A stretch of DNA of 63,304 bases, the filler included. It is 12 parts of 12 records of this genome, joined end to end, with 100 filler letters (N's around TTAATTAATTAA, not from the genome) between each part and the next. Parts side by side here need not be neighbours in the genome. Positions count along the whole stretch, not along the records: positions 1 to 3,037 come from SRR7504441_10698; positions 3,138 to 10,865 come from SRR7504441_10707; positions 10,966 to 14,595 come from SRR7504441_10715; 9 more parts are not named here. One strand, given 5' to 3'. Below the pieces are notes generated by a model. It had not been told where the DNA came from. It ran no database searches and saw nothing but the letters and a program-made list of their open reading frames with translations. Within the stretch, counting starts at the first letter, position 1. Each line of letters opens with the position of its first letter. This document shows, piece after piece, positions 1 through 11,125 of the stretch. The translations under genes were made by a program, and so were the position numbers.

Positions 1-26
1 CGGCCTCCGTTGCTCGATCCGAGTCG

Positions 27-445
27 ATGTGCTGCCCGCTTCAATTGTACTTTGTGAACCTGGAATTCACGTCTGTGTGCCGGCTCGCTGCCCGTGATCC
101 CTGGGTGAGCGGTTCGGACAAGGCGGCCGCCCAGCAAAGGATCACCAACTACAAGAAAGAAGTCACGCGTCTGACCGAAGAGATCAAGGTCTCCGGGCTA
201 GAACGGCCTTCCATGAGCCCCGGCAGTACCAACGCAACGCGCGCAGCAACGCGGATAGCCAGGCTCTGTTTGTCGAACCTTTATCGCCAGGGGTACCCCT
301 CCGGGCGACCAGCGCTCACCCGCGAGGTGCAGAACCCGGCGGAAGAGAAGTCGCTGGTGTTTGAGCAGCAGCGCGCCAAGCTAGCCCGCGGTGCGTTGCA
401 ACCGCTGTTATTACTCAGTGTTAAGCCATCTATTAAGCAGATTAG
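27..445 (+). CDS. Possible VTI1-like SNARE N-terminal fragment (spliced, apparently truncated)
   Basis: After removing short GT-AG introns the frame reads ...GSDKAAAQQRITNYKKEVTRLTEEIK|YQRNARS...EQQRAKLAR, resembling the VTI1 Habc/linker. No SNARE motif or TM segment was found downstream. Confidence 0.3.
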
Positions 446-1146
446 GGATTGTCAGCTGGGAGAGTTAGCCAACTAGGTAATTTGTCATTGTAATAAAACG
501 CCTTCCCCTAAAAAAAGCCGCCGCCGGGCGGCTGTTGAACTGCCTGAACACGCCTGAACACTGACCCCCTGGCTCACGGGAACCATGGCCAGGGGTTTGG
601 CCAAAATGACATGAATTACATGCTGAAAATCATATCGAACTTGAGGCAAAAGTATGGCTGGGACAGCAGGGTATACTGTATCGGGTACTCCCATGGATCT
701 GCTTTCTGCCACAAGTTAGCCATCCGGCGTACGCGTGTCAAGCCGGATCTGGACCTCTGATGACGGTAGGACGCCGAGGTAATGGGTTTACGCTGTTGTA
801 CGGCATACCTAGCTAGTTCGAGGCTAGATTTAGGCCGTTGGAAAACGAAATAATTAGTGATCTGTCATGAACAGAAAAAGAAATTACAAGTAATAGTTTG
901 AGACTTGTGGATCCATGATCTAGATATCGTCGTCCTAATCGTCGTCTTAGTACATGTGTGGACTGATTACTACTAGATTACTACAACGTCAGGCGGTTAA
1001 CTCGCTGAGCTTGTGACGCAAAATCTATCGTATTGCTGTCAGATTTTTGTTGCCTATTCGCCATATTTGGCCTATGATTGTCAAGTACAGCCAAACGTGT
1101 CGTGCCGGTCTTCGTACCTTAATTTAAATTGAGGGTAACCCATACA

Positions 1147-2949
1147 TTATAATGCGTTGATCATTTCGCCATAGTCCTTCTCTCCGTACTTTTGGCGATC
1201 TTCATGAATCAGGTCGCATACCTTTTTGTGCCCCTCCCACGCCCCAACCTGGCACTCACGGCTACAGTACCTACCACCACGCCTCAGCAGCCGCCCACAG
1301 CCAGCCAGCCACCACTCGTTCTTGCACCGGCTGCACCGGTTGGTGGCCACATCGCCGCATTTTGCACACCTGGGCTCCTCCAGCAGCGAGTCGCAGTCGA
1401 ACTCCTTGTACCACGCGGCCATTTTGTTCATCTCGTCCCGGAAAGCCTCGTCGGTCTGGCTTAGAACCGTCGCCCTCATGTGTTCGGCCACCGCATCCCA
1501 GTCCTGATCCATCAGCCCTTCACGCATGGTAGCTACCTGCCTCCCCCGCTCGCCGCCGCCGCAGCCGGCCAGCTCGCCTGCTCCAGCACGAAAAAGCTCT
1601 TGTTGGCCGCCTCTGGTGCTTCGACCAGATTCAGCTCCTCTAGGGTTCGCTGCAAGTCAGCTGCAGTCGGCTCAGCAGCTGCAGCGGCCCCGGCGCACCG
1701 AGCACTGGCAGCTGATCGATCAGGGTCGCGTTGAAATACCGGCGGAGCATGAGCAGCGTGCTCTTGCGATGCGAGTTCAGGTCATACCTGCACAAACGCA
1801 CTGAGTACTAGGGCACGGACCGGCAGGCTCACTTGGCGCGCATGTTGTTGTCCATCACCAGGTTGTATACCGCCAGCCATACCTGGGCCTGGTACTTGTT
1901 GAGTCGCAGCGCGTCGTCCGCTGTCACTTCCTCCCATTTGTTTTCAATAAACCGCTGTCACACCCGTCACGGCAAGCTCACCGCTTTCGGGACACCTTAA
2001 TCACTCCCTCGGGGGTGCGGTGGTCCCACGGAGCGTTCTGGAGCAACGGCACCAGCTGCATCGGCACGTCGTTCGGGTTGATCAGCCTCGACATGACACT
2101 CATCTCCAGCCCATTCATATGGTCGGAGATAAACCTACGCTCAGCTCAGGACTGCGCACCTGGCCGCCCCACGCACCGCAGAATCGAGAGCGAGGTCATG
2201 CACACCGAGAACTCCACCGCGTTCTGCTTGGTGGCCAGGTCCTGCGGCCGGTCAGCCCCAGGCCTGCGCGCGCCGCACTGAGCCGCCACTGCCCTCGGCC
2301 GCCATCTCCTTGAGCTCATCCACTGAAAGCTTCTTGTGCGGCTCCTCGATCAGGCGGGTGCTCATGCCGTTCAGGTAGGTGCACTTGCGGGTGCAGTAGT
2401 CGGTGAGCTCCACCATCCCGAGCTCGCCCACCGCCTCGCAGGCCGCCAGCGAGAACAGGCTACACTCGAGCAGGTTGCAAAGCACCGCCTCGTGGTACAT
2501 CTGCCCGCCAGCTCGGCCTAGCCCCACCCGGCCGGCACCATCAGGTACGGCTTGATGTTGGACTTGGCGACCGCGAAGTCCTGCTGCAGCTTGGGCATGC
2601 AGCAGGCCTTCCAGCTCTCGATCAGCACCAGCTCGTGAACCAGCACCGGCAGCTTGTCGAACGAGATGAGCGCCTCCACAACGAATTCATCGGTCTGGCT
2701 GGCCACGTTGTGGTGCGCCTGCACGTTCAGCCTGCCCCGCCGGTCGGCCCGGCCAGTCGACGGTTCGAAACCGGTCGAGCGCCCGGTGCTGGTCGAGCCA
2801 GCTGCTCGAGCCGACCTCGAGCGGGGTGGTGGGCTCGAGCGCCTCGACCAGCCGCTCGGCCTCGTACACGTCCAGAACTCCGCCCGCGCCTGCCCACCGC
2901 CCGTGAGCCCACGGCGCCGGGTCCCGCCGCTCGACGCACCTGGCTGCAT
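1147..2949 (-). CDS. ZMYND10: Zinc finger MYND domain-containing protein 10 (axonemal dynein assembly factor), 10 short introns
   Basis: Spliced protein has LNVQAH...VEALISFDKLPVLVHELVLIESWK, YHEAVLCNLLE, ELTDYCTRK, QVWLAVYNL, LIDQLPVL and a C-terminal MYND finger (CAKC..[26 protein letters not shown]). Includes a GC-AG intron at 1537-1577. Confidence 0.93.
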
Positions 2950-3037
2950 TGCTACAGGCTTGTTTGCTAAATCGGGATGCGCTCTAATCTCGATCACCAG
3001 CTGTAGAGTAGTAGGCTATTCAGAGATCTGATCACTC

Positions 3038-3137
3038 NNNNNNNNNNNNNNNNNNNNNNNNNNNNNNNNNNNNNNNNNNNNTTAATTAATTAANNNNNNN
3101 NNNNNNNNNNNNNNNNNNNNNNNNNNNNNNNNNNNNN
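3038..3137. other. Artificial contig linker (N-run + TTAATTAATTAA + N-run)
   Basis: Same 100-nt spacer also at 10866-10965, 14596-14695, 20210-20309, 27513-27612, 34927-35026, 39435-39534, 43056-43155, 49251-49350, 54252-54351 and 58810-58909. The core gives stops in all six frames. Confidence 0.99.
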
Positions 3138-3445
3138 GGGCAAATGATGGCATTTGACCTGTACTACTTGCCGGTTCTCCGCATCAACCCCTCACGCGAC
3201 GCCGATCGGAGCGTCAGCGATGGCTTGGCGATACATCTGGGCTCGATCCGGCTCCAGCGGACAGCCAGTGCCGGGCCCAGAAGTGAGCACCACCGCCCGC
3301 TCCCCCAACTCTCCCCATCGCGCCACCGCTTGTGCCACCAGCTGCTCCTGGGCCTTTCCGTCCGCGTCCGCCGGGAATGTGCGTGCCGTCTGTTGGACAC
3401 GGCACCAACAACTGCCCGGAAGGCCCCTCTGAGGTTCCCGAGAGC

Positions 3446-6337
3446 ATGTCCGGAGCCCGTGCCCGCGGCGCGGCCTGGCGGGCTGCCCGACCGGCCGTCC
3501 CAGCCCCGATCCCCGAAGAGGCGGGCGAGAGCCCGACCTACACCCTGGCCCGGACCGGCACCCTGCACGATGTATCGCTAGGGCCGCGCCAGACGCTGAT
3601 GGACATTGACATGGGCAACGGCTCAATCTCGGGCACTGCCCCGGACGTGGAGCACCCGAGTGTTGTCCGGAACAGGGACATCCCGCAACAGACGGCCCCG
3701 CGGCTCTCCGTCACCGACCTGCAGGAGCTGAGTGAGAAAGGGCTGCAGCAGACCAACCGGCGGTCCAAGCGGCGGGAGCAGCGCCGGAGCTCTGTGTCCA
3801 AGATGAGCAAGATCGAGCGGATCCGGATGGAGCGGTGCCGGCCTGGCCACCGGGGCCGGAGCGCTGGGCAGTTCGTTGATGGACGAGTTCGGCAAGAAAA
3901 AGAGCAACCAGGAGCATCCGGAGCAGAACCGGCTGCGCGACACGCTGTTCACGCTGATGCAGCAGCTGCCGGCGGCAAACCTGCTCGGAGTCAACCCAGC
4001 GGTTGTCAAGGTGCGGTCGGTGCGGAGTGGAGTCGAGCGCGATGGGCCAGGTGGACGCGGACATGCCGATTGCTGAGGCGTTCCGCCTGATGCTTAGGAA
4101 CAATCTTCTCTCAGTGCCCGGTGCCCGGCCGCCCGGCTGGCTGCCAGCATCGGCCAGTGTGGGAGGAGCCCAAGCAGCAGTGGATTGGGTTCCTATCTCT
4201 GATGGACCTCGTGGGCTACACAGTGCTGGTTCAGCACGAGCGGGACCTGCAGGCTGGCACCTCCACCCTCGACACTGTACTTTGCCGCGAGACCTCGTGG
4301 CAGCAGGACCTCCGCCGGCACGTCTCCACCAAGCGCGACTTCCCTGCCGGCCAGCTGCTCCCGCGGGCGTCGGGTGTCGGCCTGGAGCTGACACACGAGG
4401 GGATTTCGGACGCGGCAGCCCAGTTTGGGAAGAAGTTGGTCAAGGTCTTCGCCAAGCGGCGACCAATCGGGATGCTAAAGTGCGGCCCGGCCCCACTGGG
4501 CCACTGACCGAGGGGGCAGCTACGATGCCGATGCTTTGCAGGCGGCGCACATGCTAGCTGATCAGCACCGACGGATTGCGCTAGTGAAGGACAACCAGAT
4601 CGTTGGAATCCTATCACAGTCGCGGTCCTTCTGAAGGCGGCTGTGGCTGAGGCGGGAGGCAGGTTTGCTGCATTTGTGGCGCTCGAGTCCAAAATATGGA
4701 GCATCTACCTACAGCGCGACGTACTCGCACTCTGATTGCCGGCCTGATCGGCTCTTCAGGTGTTGCAGGGCACTCTGACAGACTGGGGGTTCAAGCCGAA
4801 CCGATTCGTGCAAGCCACCACCGCCATGACCGCACTGGAAGGCTTTGAGCTCATGAACAAAGCCAATGCGCTCTCTCTGCCCGTAACCGACCATCAGACT
4901 GGCCAGCTGGTTGGCGCGCTCACTCCCGATTCTCTCAAGGGCATGGTGTCCAACCCCGACCAGACGCCGGAGCTAACCCTCGAGGCGCTGATGCTCCCCA
5001 TAATGAACTTCATACAGGTGAGCCTGGCCCCAGCCGCGGGCTGAGCCGGTGCAGACTGCCGCCCAGGAGCAGAGCGCTCCGGCCCCGACCACGATCAGAA
5101 TGCACGACAAGTTCCAGATGCTGTTCGAATTATTCCAGCAGAAACCGATTCGACGGGTTTTCGTAGTGGACGAGAATAACATCCCGATCTTGGTGTGGTC
5201 TGTCGGGTGCGAGCTCTCAGGGTCCGGGGCAGGCGTGCTCTCTTAAGGACGCGATCGCCGCGCTTGTTTATTGCGAGGACGAGGTTCCACAGGCGAGGCC
5301 GTCGGGGTGGATTGCTGTGCTCAGCTGCACCGGCAGGTCTACTCCACTCAGGAGCTGGATCTGTCCCCGAATAAGTGCGAAGGGGTCCAAAAGCTACTCG
5401 AGCTCTGCACGATATCGATGGATAAACCATCTCGCATTGTGAATTTCGTTGACCTGAGTTGGTTGTGGATTAATCTGCCAGGTCCCAACAGCCCTCTCAC
5501 CAGCTTTCATTGATGTTGCTCGCCACAGGGAGGCTGATCCACTTTGGTTGGCGGCTCGCATATTCATTCGAAGAAGACGGTGCTTCGGTGAGCTATTGCT
5601 GCGCTCTAGCGGCGCTGATCTTGGAAGCAGATGCGGACAATGCTTGCCAACTGCTCTCATTTTAAGGCTCCGATTGTGACTCTGGTCCGGGACGATCACG
5701 GCTTTGTGTTTGGTGAGCCCTGCGAGTCCGTCTGCCAGCTCATGTCTGTGTTGCTACAGGTTGCTACACCTCCGAGCCCTGGAAGGTCCCGACCGTGCCT
5801 CGTCTCGCTTGAGCGCCCTGTTGGCAGAGCCATGGCGATGTTCATGGCAACGGGACCTCCTTTGTGTTTAGTTACGGCTACCATCAGCCCCTTACGCCTA
5901 CATCGACTGAAGGTGTCTTTGGCCGTGGCTAAATTTATTCACAATGCGTGCCAGGCCTGAGGGCCAGTGGCGAATGTTTCTCCTCACCGGGAGCCAGAGG
6001 CGAGCAAGGCGGGGAAGATTTCTCCATCTTTGAATTCACTGGAGCTAACACCGTCCTGATGAGTTGCACGGGGCAAGAGTTTTCTATCGGTGACAAGCAC
6101 TTAGGGCCAGCTAGATGGCCGTACGCGAGCAAGGTCTCAGGCGGCGGCGGCGGCGGCGCTGCGATATCAATAGACCATGAAATGCTGCATGGTTCATCGA
6201 TGCCCTGCGAGACATTCGGCTCGCCCACGCTGTCGGGTGAACCACAATTCAAAGTCGTCGCACTTGAGGTATCGGCGCTATCTAGCCGCCTTTATGCCAT
6301 GATCATCCGGCAGGTTTGGCACCTGGGGAACTCGTAA
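3446..6337 (+). CDS. Four-CBS (two Bateman modules) + C-terminal TLDc domain protein, many short introns
   Basis: CBS motifs include VDADMPIAEAFRLMLRNNLLSVPVW...IGFLSLMDL, QAAHMLADQHRRIALV...IVGILSQSR, LEGFELMNKANALSLPV...LVGALT and FELFQQKPIRRVFVVDE. TLDc: LPGRLIHFGWRLAYSFEEDGAS...LVRDDHGFVFGCYTSEPW...GNGTSFVF...IGGGGG...CETFGSPTL...LEVW. Start codon is uncertain. Confidence 0.75.
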
Positions 6338-6607
6338 CATCTCTGATCGTGAAGCTCATGCTTTCTTGATTCGGCATGCACCTTGCACTTGCGCTAACAG
6401 AGCTTTATTAATAATGACTTGTTACAATCATCCACTACAGTATTAAGTTAAAACTACTTCAAGTCGCGAGTAAGGTGGGGTCGGCCCGCCATGATATGCG
6501 GTGGCAACATGTTGCAGGTCTCTTACAAGTCTCTCTGCAGCCCACTCTGCCGCTCTGCTCTCTATGCATGCAGTGCACAAAACCGGTCGGTGCCGTTGCT
6601 CGCTGAG

Positions 6608-7399
6608 ATGCCTTCGGACGGCTTTGTGGAGGAGTTTGACACCACTTCCGACGATGAAGCCGGGCCAGCAGTCCAGCAGTACGAGAACGATGGCTCATTC
6701 CTCGCGCAGTTCCTCCAACAGCAGCAGCCCGAGCGGCACCAGGGGCAACCAGGCGAGCAGCAGCCGCCCGAGCAGCCCGAGCAGCGGGTGCTGCACAGCG
6801 TGACGGTCTCGAGCGCTCATGCCGGTGCTCGGCTGGCCAAGTTCACCTCCGAAGCCTTCCAGTCTGAACTGCAGTGGGGCCGGAACCGGGCGGCGGCCTG
6901 TGCACGCGATGGTCGGTTGCGGGTGAACGGGGAAGCTTCCGGCGCGAACAGACCTCTCCAGGCCGGAGATGTAGTGACTGTGCACGCCCGGCCGCCGTGT
7001 ACATTGACAGTGGAGGAAATTGTAGCCATGCTGCGCGGCCGTTGTGAGGCCAAAGCTGCCAAGGACTACGAGACTGCGGACAGCTGGTACAGTAAGCTGC
7101 AGCAGGCCGGTGTGTCAGTCCAGGACAAGCAGGGCACCTGGAGCACCCCCGAGGGCCGATCTGGGGCCATACCAACCGCGCAGCCGAATGCCGCTGCAAA
7201 CGGAGCTCGTGATCGAATGGAAATGGAGCGCCGAAGGTTGCGGAACAAGAAGAAGAGAGAAGCGAAGGAGAGGAAGGCGGAGCGGTTAGCAGCGGCAGAC
7301 GATGACAATGAGGGCACGGCAAAAGCCCCTAAGCAAGCGAGGAAGGACACATTAGATGCTGTATTAGATGGTGAGGAGATTGGGTCTACCGGGGCATAG
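6608..7399 (+). CDS. S4-like RNA-binding domain + CysRS C-terminal-like helical domain protein
   Basis: GARLAKF...GRNRAAACARDGRLRVNG...LQAGDVV (S4), then IVAMLRGRCEAKAAKDYETADSWYSKLQQAGVSVQD (CysRS C-terminal-like). Basic NLS-like tail; intronless. Confidence 0.6.
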   Translation: MPSDGFVEEFDTTSDDEAGPAVQQYENDGSFLAQFLQQQQPERHQGQPGEQQPPEQPEQRVLHSVTVSSAHAGARLAKFTSEAFQSELQWGRNRAAACARDGRLRVNGEASGANRPLQAGDVVTVHARPPCTLTVEEIVAMLRGRCEAKAAKDYETADSWYSKLQQAGVSVQDKQGTWSTPEGRSGAIPTAQPNAAANGARDRMEMERRRLRNKKKREAKERKAERLAAADDDNEGTAKAPKQARKDTLDAVLDGEEIGSTGA

Positions 7400-7562
7400 T
7401 ACAATTAATCAGTTGGCAACTGAAGCTATGGACCGTTGAGAGGCACAAGGCATTAATTTTCTACAATAGACGTCAATAGTTATATATTGTAATCACGTAT
7501 CAACTTTTTCACGTGGTTTACTATTCCGCATCCGGCTAAGCTTATAATTATATGGTTAGCAT

Positions 7563-8927
7563 CTAGCCCGCATCACAGGCCGGTGAGCGCTCCAACAAAT
7601 GCTTCCTAGCCTTCGAGCACATCTCCCTCAACCGCTCAGCACGCGCCTTCGCCTCCGCCTGCTGCTCAACAAGCGCCTCTTGAACATCAGTTTCCCAATC
7701 AGCGGACGAATGTAAAGACAAGGATTGCGTGTGAAGTCGCCTCGATATAAAGTCATCTCGTAAAATCTCAAGATCGATTGTGAATCCAAGATCCTCACTT
7801 TGCTGAGTTTCCTCTATCCACAGCACCTCTGCGTTAGAAGGAGTTCGATAAGTGCTAAACCGGTTGTCTATCAGGATCACATCATTGCTGAGCCGTACTG
7901 CCAGCTCGACACTTATGCCGGACTCTGCAGGTCGACAGCTCTGCTGGACAAGCTCCGGGGTCGACTCTGCCGAGCCGTTGCAGGAGGCTGCCGAAGCTAC
8001 AATCCAGGTCGACTCTGCAGGAGCGGCGAACAGCACCAGCCTGGCCAGCACGCGCGCCGGGATCCGCTTCCACAGAGGATCTATCACTAGGTCGGTGAGC
8101 CCAGGCTCTGGATGTCCAGAAAGCCTGAGCGCGCACAACCCAGAGATTTGTCCAAGGTCTGGCCAAGCGCTACGCACCCACCAGTCGCCGCGCCTCTGTG
8201 CCATGCTATGTGCCATCGCCAGCCCCTGATACGCGCGGCAGTTCCTCCAACTGTCGAGTGTCGGGTCGGTCCGATGAAACACCTCCTCAGTCCAGCTCCC
8301 GGCCTCGATGTCCAGCGGGCTGCCGAGCGCGCTCCGCTGGTAGCGAGCTGTCCGCCCATTGCGTGCGACCACCGAGAAGGCAGCTGCTGCAAATAGCTCT
8401 ACCTGCTCCCGGTCGGGCTGCGGGCTGTGGCAAGAGCGCAGGTGGTGCACCGCCGCCTCAAGTGGGTTGCGCGGCCTCGCGAGCACGGCCGCTATGAACC
8501 GACTGGCCAGCGCCAGCCAGTCGTGGTCATCAATGCTCGCCACAGCCGCCGCCCCAGCCCGGCCCACGAGCGCGAGGTTGATTAGGTCCCCGAGCGGCAG
8601 CCAGGGCAGCAGCAGCCAGAGCAGCTCGGCCAGCCCGTCCGCTGCCGAACCCTTCGTGGGCGGGGCGTGGGCGGCCAGTTTGCCAGGCGAGGGCTGCCAC
8701 GCCAGGCGCGGAGCAACCTCCTGCGGGGCGGGGCGCGGGGCGGCGCTACTCCGGTGAGGCCTTCTGGCCCGCCGCTCCATGTTGTATTCCCAGAGCTCCT
8801 GCTGCTCAGAGAGACACTTGAGCTCGAGCCCCCGGTGCACCAGCTGCGGCAGGCGAAGCCCCGAGACTGGATCGGGCTCGTCGGAGCTGCTCTCCACCTC
8901 GAGCAGCTTGGACCGCGCACACCCCAT
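7563..8927 (-). CDS. Hypothetical protein with F-box-like motif
   Basis: Long open frame; LAELLWLLLPWLPLGDLINLALVGR...W resembles an F-box. N-terminus MGCARSK fits a myristoylation/palmitoylation pattern. Confidence 0.5.
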   Translation of the reverse strand: MGCARSKLLEVESSSDEPDPVSGLRLPQLVHRGLELKCLSEQQELWEYNMERRARRPHRSSAAPRPAPQEVAPRLAWQPSPGKLAAHAPPTKGSAADGLAELLWLLLPWLPLGDLINLALVGRAGAAAVASIDDHDWLALASRFIAAVLARPRNPLEAAVHHLRSCHSPQPDREQVELFAAAAFSVVARNGRTARYQRSALGSPLDIEAGSWTEEVFHRTDPTLDSWRNCRAYQGLAMAHSMAQRRGDWWVRSAWPDLGQISGLCALRLSGHPEPGLTDLVIDPLWKRIPARVLARLVLFAAPAESTWIVASAASCNGSAESTPELVQQSCRPAESGISVELAVRLSNDVILIDNRFSTYRTPSNAEVLWIEETQQSEDLGFTIDLEILRDDFISRRLHTQSLSLHSSADWETDVQEALVEQQAEAKARAERLREMCSKARKHLLERSPACDAG

Positions 8928-9024
8928 GCCCACAGGCAGCGCCGAGCAGCCGCCTGGGAGATCTGGCCGCCGGCAATTTTCAGTTCAGTTCAAGACGCCG
9001 GCTGGCACGCTGCGCTGGGCGTGT

Positions 9025-10239
9025 ATGGCGGGGCTGGCAGCAGCAGCCCGGCAGCGGGCCACCGCCGTGTCGCTGCGCCAGCTGTTCGAGTTCGGCGGCA
9101 GCCCGCAGCCGGAGCAGCGCCTGCGGAATGCCCGGTTCCTGCTGCGGGAGCTGCCAATCAGGCTGGCCCAGCGGGTGCAGGAGCTCAAGTCGCTGCCGTA
9201 CGGGCTGGGCCAGACCGAGCAGGTGGGCAACGTGATCGGCTGGTACAAGAGCTACTTTGATCAGCTGTCCCGCGTCTCGCCCCCCGGCAGCCGGGCGGAG
9301 GAGCAGCAGTTCACGCAGCTGCTCGAGGAGATCCTGCAGGACCACAACGCGGTGATTCAGACGATGGCGCTCGGTGTGATCGAGATGCGCCAGCGCCTCC
9401 CGGGCGGGTACTCGCCGGATATGCGCACCGAGGTGGACAAGTGGCTCGACAGGTTCTTCATGGCACGGATCGGGCTGCGATTCCTCATCTCGCACCACAT
9501 TGCGGCCGACGCCAAGCGTGCTGGGTTCGCGGGGATTATCCAGGAGGCCTGCTCGCCACTCGCGGTGTGCGAGCGCGCAGCCGCCGACGCACGTTATGTG
9601 TGCGAAAAGCAGCTTGATGTGGCGCCGGAGATTGAATTCGAGGGCGTGGGCGAGACCGTTAGGTTCTGCTACGTGCCGATGCACCTGCACTACATTATGA
9701 CAGAGTTACTAAAGAACTCGCTGCGGGCGACGGTGGAGCGCCATCGCGGGCTGGAGGAGCCACCGCCTGTGCAGGTGGTGATAGCGCAGGGGCGGCACGA
9801 CATAACGATTAAGGTATCCGACCGAGGAGGGGGGATTCCGTTCACTCAGATGGACAACGTGTGGAGCTACGTGCACTCCACCGCCACCAACCCGAGCTCC
9901 GCATGGGCACGCCCTGCCCCGCAGACCAAACCTAAATGGCGCACGCCCTCAACAGAGATGGTGTCGTCGGGCTTGGAAACCCCATTAGCTGGTTTCGGAT
10001 GCGGCCTGCCGTTGAGTCGTCTGTATGCGAGATACTTTGGCGGAGGGCTGCAGCTGATGAGCATGGAGGGGTTCGGCACTGACAGCTACCTGCACCTGAA
10101 CCGGTGGCTGCCGCTAGGCTGCCGCCTAGGTGCTTTGCCTGAGTGAAATGGGTCCAGGTTAGGCAACCAATGCGAAAACTTGCCTCATGGCGTACTACAA
10201 AGCCCCTCGATGGGAGACTCATCCTTACAAGCACCTTAG
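9025..10239 (+). CDS. PDK: Pyruvate dehydrogenase kinase / BCKDK family kinase
   Basis: VSLRQLFEFG, FLLRELPIRLAQR, LDRFFMARIGLRFLISHH, ELLKNSLRAT, IKVSDRGGGIP, LAGFGCGLPLSRLYARYFGG. Intron 10104-10157 gives HLNRLGNQCENLP...stop at 10239. Confidence 0.93.
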
Positions 10240-10414
10240 CGCCTAGCGAAATGGTTCTATACTTAGTTACAAATACATTTAATACATTGGACCATGCTCG
10301 GATTCATGCAATTAGATTGAGCCAATCGCGCACGTCTACACAGTATGACATCTTGGTACAGGTCACACGTTCTATTCAACGAGAAAAGAGTCCATGAACG
10401 TTCGAGTCTAGCAC

Positions 10415-10865
10415 CTAGCTCCTCTCCCTCTCCTTCTCTTCTGCAATCCTTGCTTTGATTGCATCCCAGTCTATGGCGACCTCGGAGTGCTGGAGGAACG
10501 ACTGGCTCGTTTCTTCCTTATTGAAAGACTTCAGGTACCGTTGCCTGTAGGCCAGCACAGTGTCGACGTGCACCTGATTCCGTACAGCAAGGTCCAGGGC
10601 CCTTTCCCAGTTAAATAGCTTTATGTTGAGCTTGATGGCACGGTAGTGCAGCCCAGCTGAGAGCAGGATCTGCTCTGCTTCTTCGGGTCGTCTACGGAAG
10701 AGTGCCAACTCGGCAGCCACCCCTTCGGCTGAAGGGATGTCTTTAATGTGCAAGATGTATTGCAGCTTGTCCACCTCGTCGATGGCGGCAAACGCAATCT
10801 CCACGGTGTCGAGCATCTGGCCGTTGATCGCCATGGCCCCCAGGCACGCCCAGATCTTCTGATCC
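10415..10865 (-). CDS. IFT80: Intraflagellar transport protein 80, C-terminal part (5' end cut at contig edge)
   Basis: WACLGAMAI...LDTVEIAFAAIDEVDKLQYI...AEQILLSAGLHYRAIKLNIKLFNWERALDLAV...HVDTVLAYRQRYL matches the IFT80 C-terminus. Confidence 0.9.
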
Positions 10866-10965
10866 NNNNNNNNNNNNNNNNNNNNNNNNNNNNNNNNNNN
10901 NNNNNNNNNTTAATTAATTAANNNNNNNNNNNNNNNNNNNNNNNNNNNNNNNNNNNNNNNNNNNN

Positions 10966-11125
10966 AGGCTGCGGCTGGGCGGCACCCCACTGGTTAGCCG
11001 CTGGCTGCACTGGCTGAGGCTGCGGCTGGGCGGCACCCCATTGGTTGACTCCTGGCTGAACTGCCTGGGGGGCCATTGGCTGGGCCATTGGCTGCTGAGG
11101 CTGTGCAGCGGCACCCCATTGGTTG
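10966..11125 (-). repeat. Coding tandem repeat NQWGAA(A)QPQ x3 in the SEC31 proline-rich region
   Basis: Repeated GGCTGCGGCTGGGCGGCACCCCA-type units running into the contig edge. Confidence 0.8.

Noticed and set aside
8779-9024. Apparent antisense overlap of the PDK ORF with the F-box-like gene
   Set aside because: PDK homology starts at ATG 9025; the upstream extension is an open frame in GC-rich DNA.
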